Below, piece by piece: positions 61,096-64,000 of a stretch of 64,000 nt of DNA. Every line of letters begins with the position of its first letter. Within the stretch, counting starts at the first letter, position 1. The position numbers and the translations under genes were made by a program. Under the pieces are notes generated by a model. The model had not been told where the DNA came from. It saw only the letters and a program-made list of their open reading frames with translations, and did no database searches. Source of the stretch: Antedon mediterranea (Eukaryota; Animalia; Echinodermata); the NCBI RefSeq assembly GCF_964355755.1, contig NC_092673.1, positions 372,001 through 436,000 of the forward strand, read 5' to 3'.

Positions 61096-63211
61096 CTAGA
61101 ATAAAAAAATAAATTACTTATAAGTGAGCATTTTTTCTCTAAATCATTAACAAATTACATCACAGATTGCATAAAAGAATTGCAAAATGATGCTCAAATA
61201 CACTGCTCCCACTAAATAGATTTTGGTTAGAAACGGAATATATATGAGAAAACACCAACCTGATTGGACAATGTGTTAGCATAATATATATGAGAAAACA
61301 CCAACCTGATTGGACAATGTGTTAGCATAATATATATGAGAAAACACCAACCTGATTGGACAATGTGTTAGCATAATATATATGAGAAAACACCAACCTG
61401 ATTGGACAATGTGTTAGCATTATTCCACACTTTCTTGAGTTTTTCATGATAACTTTCCCTCTTGTATGCATCCACAGCCAAGATCCATTGCATTTCAACA
61501 CTCGGAAATAAAGAGTGTGAATTTCATTTGTATCCACCACTGAAATTAAATTAGTTAAATCTTAATATTTTATATCTAAAATCAGAAAAGGATGAAAGTA
61601 GAGAAATTAACTCTAACTGCACAATACAATACAATAGCTGTAAAGGAAGTCTGTCCCCTAAGTCAATACAGCCTCAAATCAACTTGACCCTTTGTGTCAA
61701 CTCAGCAACAAACCAATCAGCTATTTATTGTTTAAATATTTTTCAATGCAATGTAGTAAATAGAAAATCTTACATGTTTTGTGACAAACAAATATGGCAG
61801 AGAGGTCATCAGGGTGAATGAGGTCATAGAATGACTTAGACTCCAATGCACCAGGCTTGTAGTTTAGTAATTCATTTCCCCTGAAAATAAAAAATGTCAT
61901 CATTGTAAAAATAGTATTTTCAATATATATAGAGCCATTCAAACGATCATTGCTCGTGGCACTTAGATGTTACACTTTTCAACTACATGCTTCCCCTAAG
62001 GGTCATGCCATGTCTGTGCTGCCAATTCTAGCGCTTATTTGTCTGTCCATCTTCATCATTGTCATCATCATTGTCATCATCATCATTATTATAGCCATCC
62101 GTATTGTCATCTTCTTTATGATAATCATTTTATAAATCATCACCATCACCTTTAGTAAGACAGAATGTTTCCACCAGCAGTAACTTTACCTTGTATCAAC
62201 TGATTTTATTTTCAAATCCATATCATGCTTTGTCCAGAATGCACTTTGTTTAATGTCAATATCAGCCTCGGCTGCCACCGATACAAATGGACGAAACACA
62301 GCAAAAAGGACCATTGATGGCACTTTTGATGTTGATTTGATCAAGTTGGGAAAATGCCGCATTTTTCCAGAACAATGCATTTTCTGAAAAAGGTTAAAAA
62401 TGAATGTTTATTACAAATGTTAAGTTAAATTTTTTAAATTTGGACTAATTCTTTCAGAAAAAGGATTATTACGTCTATTTTAGGAATGGATACACCCACT
62501 TTTCTTGGCTACATTAGATAAATTAAAACATAACTAATTTAAGTATAGCTTTTTTTCAATTCTATTGCTTAAGCCTCAATAAACACTTACCACAAAGCCT
62601 GTACTGGTTCCATTGTAACATTTCATACGACATAGAAATGATACCTTTTTGCTCCGTGAGCCATTTTCACTATTCTTCAGAATCTGTTTATGCACCTGTA
62701 AAACAATACATTTCAATCACTTTTAAATAAATTGTAGAAGGGATTCCAATTTTTACCTCATTTAAAACATTCTGAATACATATTAGTTCAGCTTGGTGGT
62801 TAACATGCTTGCCTTCCAATTCAAAGGTCCAGGGTTCAATCCTGACCTAGTGCCAGATTTGTTACGCACAACTCTTTGCCTCAAAATTATAAGCATGATA
62901 AATGATAAACTAGTTTATCCATCCTGTAATTGGCCAGTTACTTGCTGTTGAATGTGTATGAAATCAAAATTTAACAAATATCTGTAAATTTGCTATAAAT
63001 GTTTCTTTCTTACAAGTGATTTGGTAGCTTTATCAGACAGCGTATGCTCCAGGACAACCTTCAGCTCGTGATGGTCGTCAGGATGGACAATACCATAAAG
63101 ACACCGGTGAACGAGGTCTACCTGGTTAAAACCTAGATGAGTTGATATGTTGTCTGTTGCATATAGGATAGTGCCATCCGATGTAACCACAACCAAGAAC
63201 CCATCTAATGA
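59931..63211 (-). CDS. AhR-related PAS transcription factor (PAS-A, PAS-B/PAC, Q/P/S-rich C-terminus); 5' end unresolved
   Basis: Six exons splice in frame: 63014-63211, 62591-62695, 62190-62383, 61774-61880, 61398-61539 and 59931-61095. Motifs SLDGFLVVV...HLGFNQVDLVH, SFLCRMKC...GF, FWTKHDMD, SFYDLIHPDD and YFRVL...W.W are typical of class-I bHLH-PAS proteins and by eye closest to AhR. Confidence 0.88.
61238..61420. repeat. 46-bp tandem repeat, 4 copies, spanning an exon/intron junction
   Basis: ATATATATGAGAAAACACCAACCTGATTGGACAATGTGTTAGCATA; the last copy overlaps PAS exon 61398-61539. Confidence 0.95.
61398..61539 (-). CDS. PAS gene exon (PAS-B/PAC)
   Basis: LVDTNEIHTLYFRVLKCNGSWLWMHTRGKVIMKNSRKCGIMLTHCPIR. 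Confidence 0.9.
61774..61880 (-). CDS. PAS gene exon (PAS-B)
   Basis: GNELLNYKPGALESKSFYDLIHPDDLSAIFVCHKT. Confidence 0.92.
62190..62383 (-). CDS. PAS gene exon (PAS-A/PAS-B junction)
   Basis: KMHCSGKMRHF...LFAVFRP...FWTKHDMDLKIKSVDTR. Confidence 0.92.
62591..62695 (-). CDS. PAS gene exon (PAS-A C-part)
   Basis: VHKQILKNSENGSRSKKVSFLCRMKCYNGTSTGFV. Confidence 0.88.
62783..62855 (+). mobile_element. tRNA-derived SINE head (degenerate)
   Basis: A-box-like GCTTGGTGGTTAA and B-box GGTTCAATCC; related copies at 14920 and 42225. Confidence 0.55.
63014..63211 (-). CDS. PAS gene exon (PAS-A)
   Basis: SLDGFLVVVTSDGTILYATDNISTHLGFNQVDLVHRCLYGIVHPDDHHELK... Confidence 0.93.
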
Positions 63212-63660
63212 CTGCAAAATACAATCAAAGATACATAGATAGAAAATTATTATATTGAATTAATTTGATTAATTAATAATTAATGTACAGATAATTAAAT
63301 GTGATCACTGAATATATTGCATCATATAAATATGAGATATGGTTTACTGTTACCAGCAGGGCCAATCTTCACCAAAAACAGTAGGCTGATCTATCTAGCC
63401 AAATCTACTCTCTAACTAGCTAAGTGGCATCAAACTGAGACTGCCTGAGACTGAGAGAGAAGCAAGGCCTGGACTGGCCTAGGCCTGTAACTAACCTACT
63501 AATTCAAGCAAATAAGCTAACAGCTGGTTTAGTTATATTTATATATTTAATGTGTAACAATCTATCACATCCATACTTCGATATACAGGAAAAAAAATTA
63601 ATTAAGGTTAAATGAAACCGGACATAGGCCTAACAAAACTCAAACTCCTATCAACTAACT

Positions 63661-63762
63661 TTAGGCCAATCTCCGCCCCCTCAACATTGCTAAGTTTATA
63701 CGCATGCGTATGTTTTGATTTCTGTTTTTTTTTTTTGGTTTTACTCTAGGCCTACTTCCGGG
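63661..63762. promoter_or_regulatory. Promoter-like motif cluster
   Basis: CCAAT, GC box CTCCGCCCCC, NRF1-like palindrome TACGCATGCGTA and ETS site ACTTCCGG within about 100 bp of otherwise AT-rich DNA. Confidence 0.5.
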
Positions 63763-64000
63763 TTGTAAACGAAAATACTGACTGTACTTGGACTGAGTTT
63801 TAGCTATTTATGATGTTATTTATGCTTATAATATAATGGTTTATGCTTTTATAGCTCATTCATTATTACCAGGAACATGCAGAGTTTTGTATTCGACCAC
63901 TTTTGGACTAGAAGATTCACAAACAGTCAACTACATTTCTAGGCCTAGTGATGTTGATTCGGAAAGTAAGCATGACACGGGGAAGGACTGCCGAGTTGAG

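Noticed and set aside
61950-62135. Ile-rich membrane-like ORF
   Set aside because: Translation of a degenerate (ATC)n microsatellite in a PAS gene intron.
62783-62855. Functional tRNA gene
   Set aside because: Has A/B-box-like motifs but no convincing cloverleaf; diverged relatives elsewhere in the window point to a SINE.

Overview
This is AT-rich, intron-rich animal genomic DNA, probably from a marine invertebrate (taxon inferred, not determined). No prokaryotic system or CRISPR array is present. Two tandem genes lie on the minus strand. (1) A type-I (dysferlin/myoferlin-like) ferlin, for which I traced 45 core GT-AG exons in continuous frame from the ATG at 58112 to 9658 (5978 nt, about 1992 codons; C2A, C2B, FerI, C2C, FerA, FerB, nested DysF and the C-terminal C2 domains). 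I found no transmembrane exon, so it probably lies left of the window. (2) The PAS-A, PAS-B and Q/P/S-rich C-terminal part of a divergent AhR-related PAS transcription factor (63211 to stop 59931). The introns hold many minisatellites, seven copies of a Tourist-like MITE with TTA/TAA target duplications, a 949-bp Harbinger derivative with a decayed Myb/SANT gene, tRNA-derived SINE heads and a LINE fragment. The most interesting signals are all sequence-based predictions needing RNA data. They are: eight or nine frame-preserving, phase-matched cassette/microexons in the ferlin (including a 6-nt exon and a polybasic insert), a possible bHLH-less start for the AhR-like gene, and a fourfold tandem duplication of a 5' splice site. 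I cannot claim a wholly new biological system.
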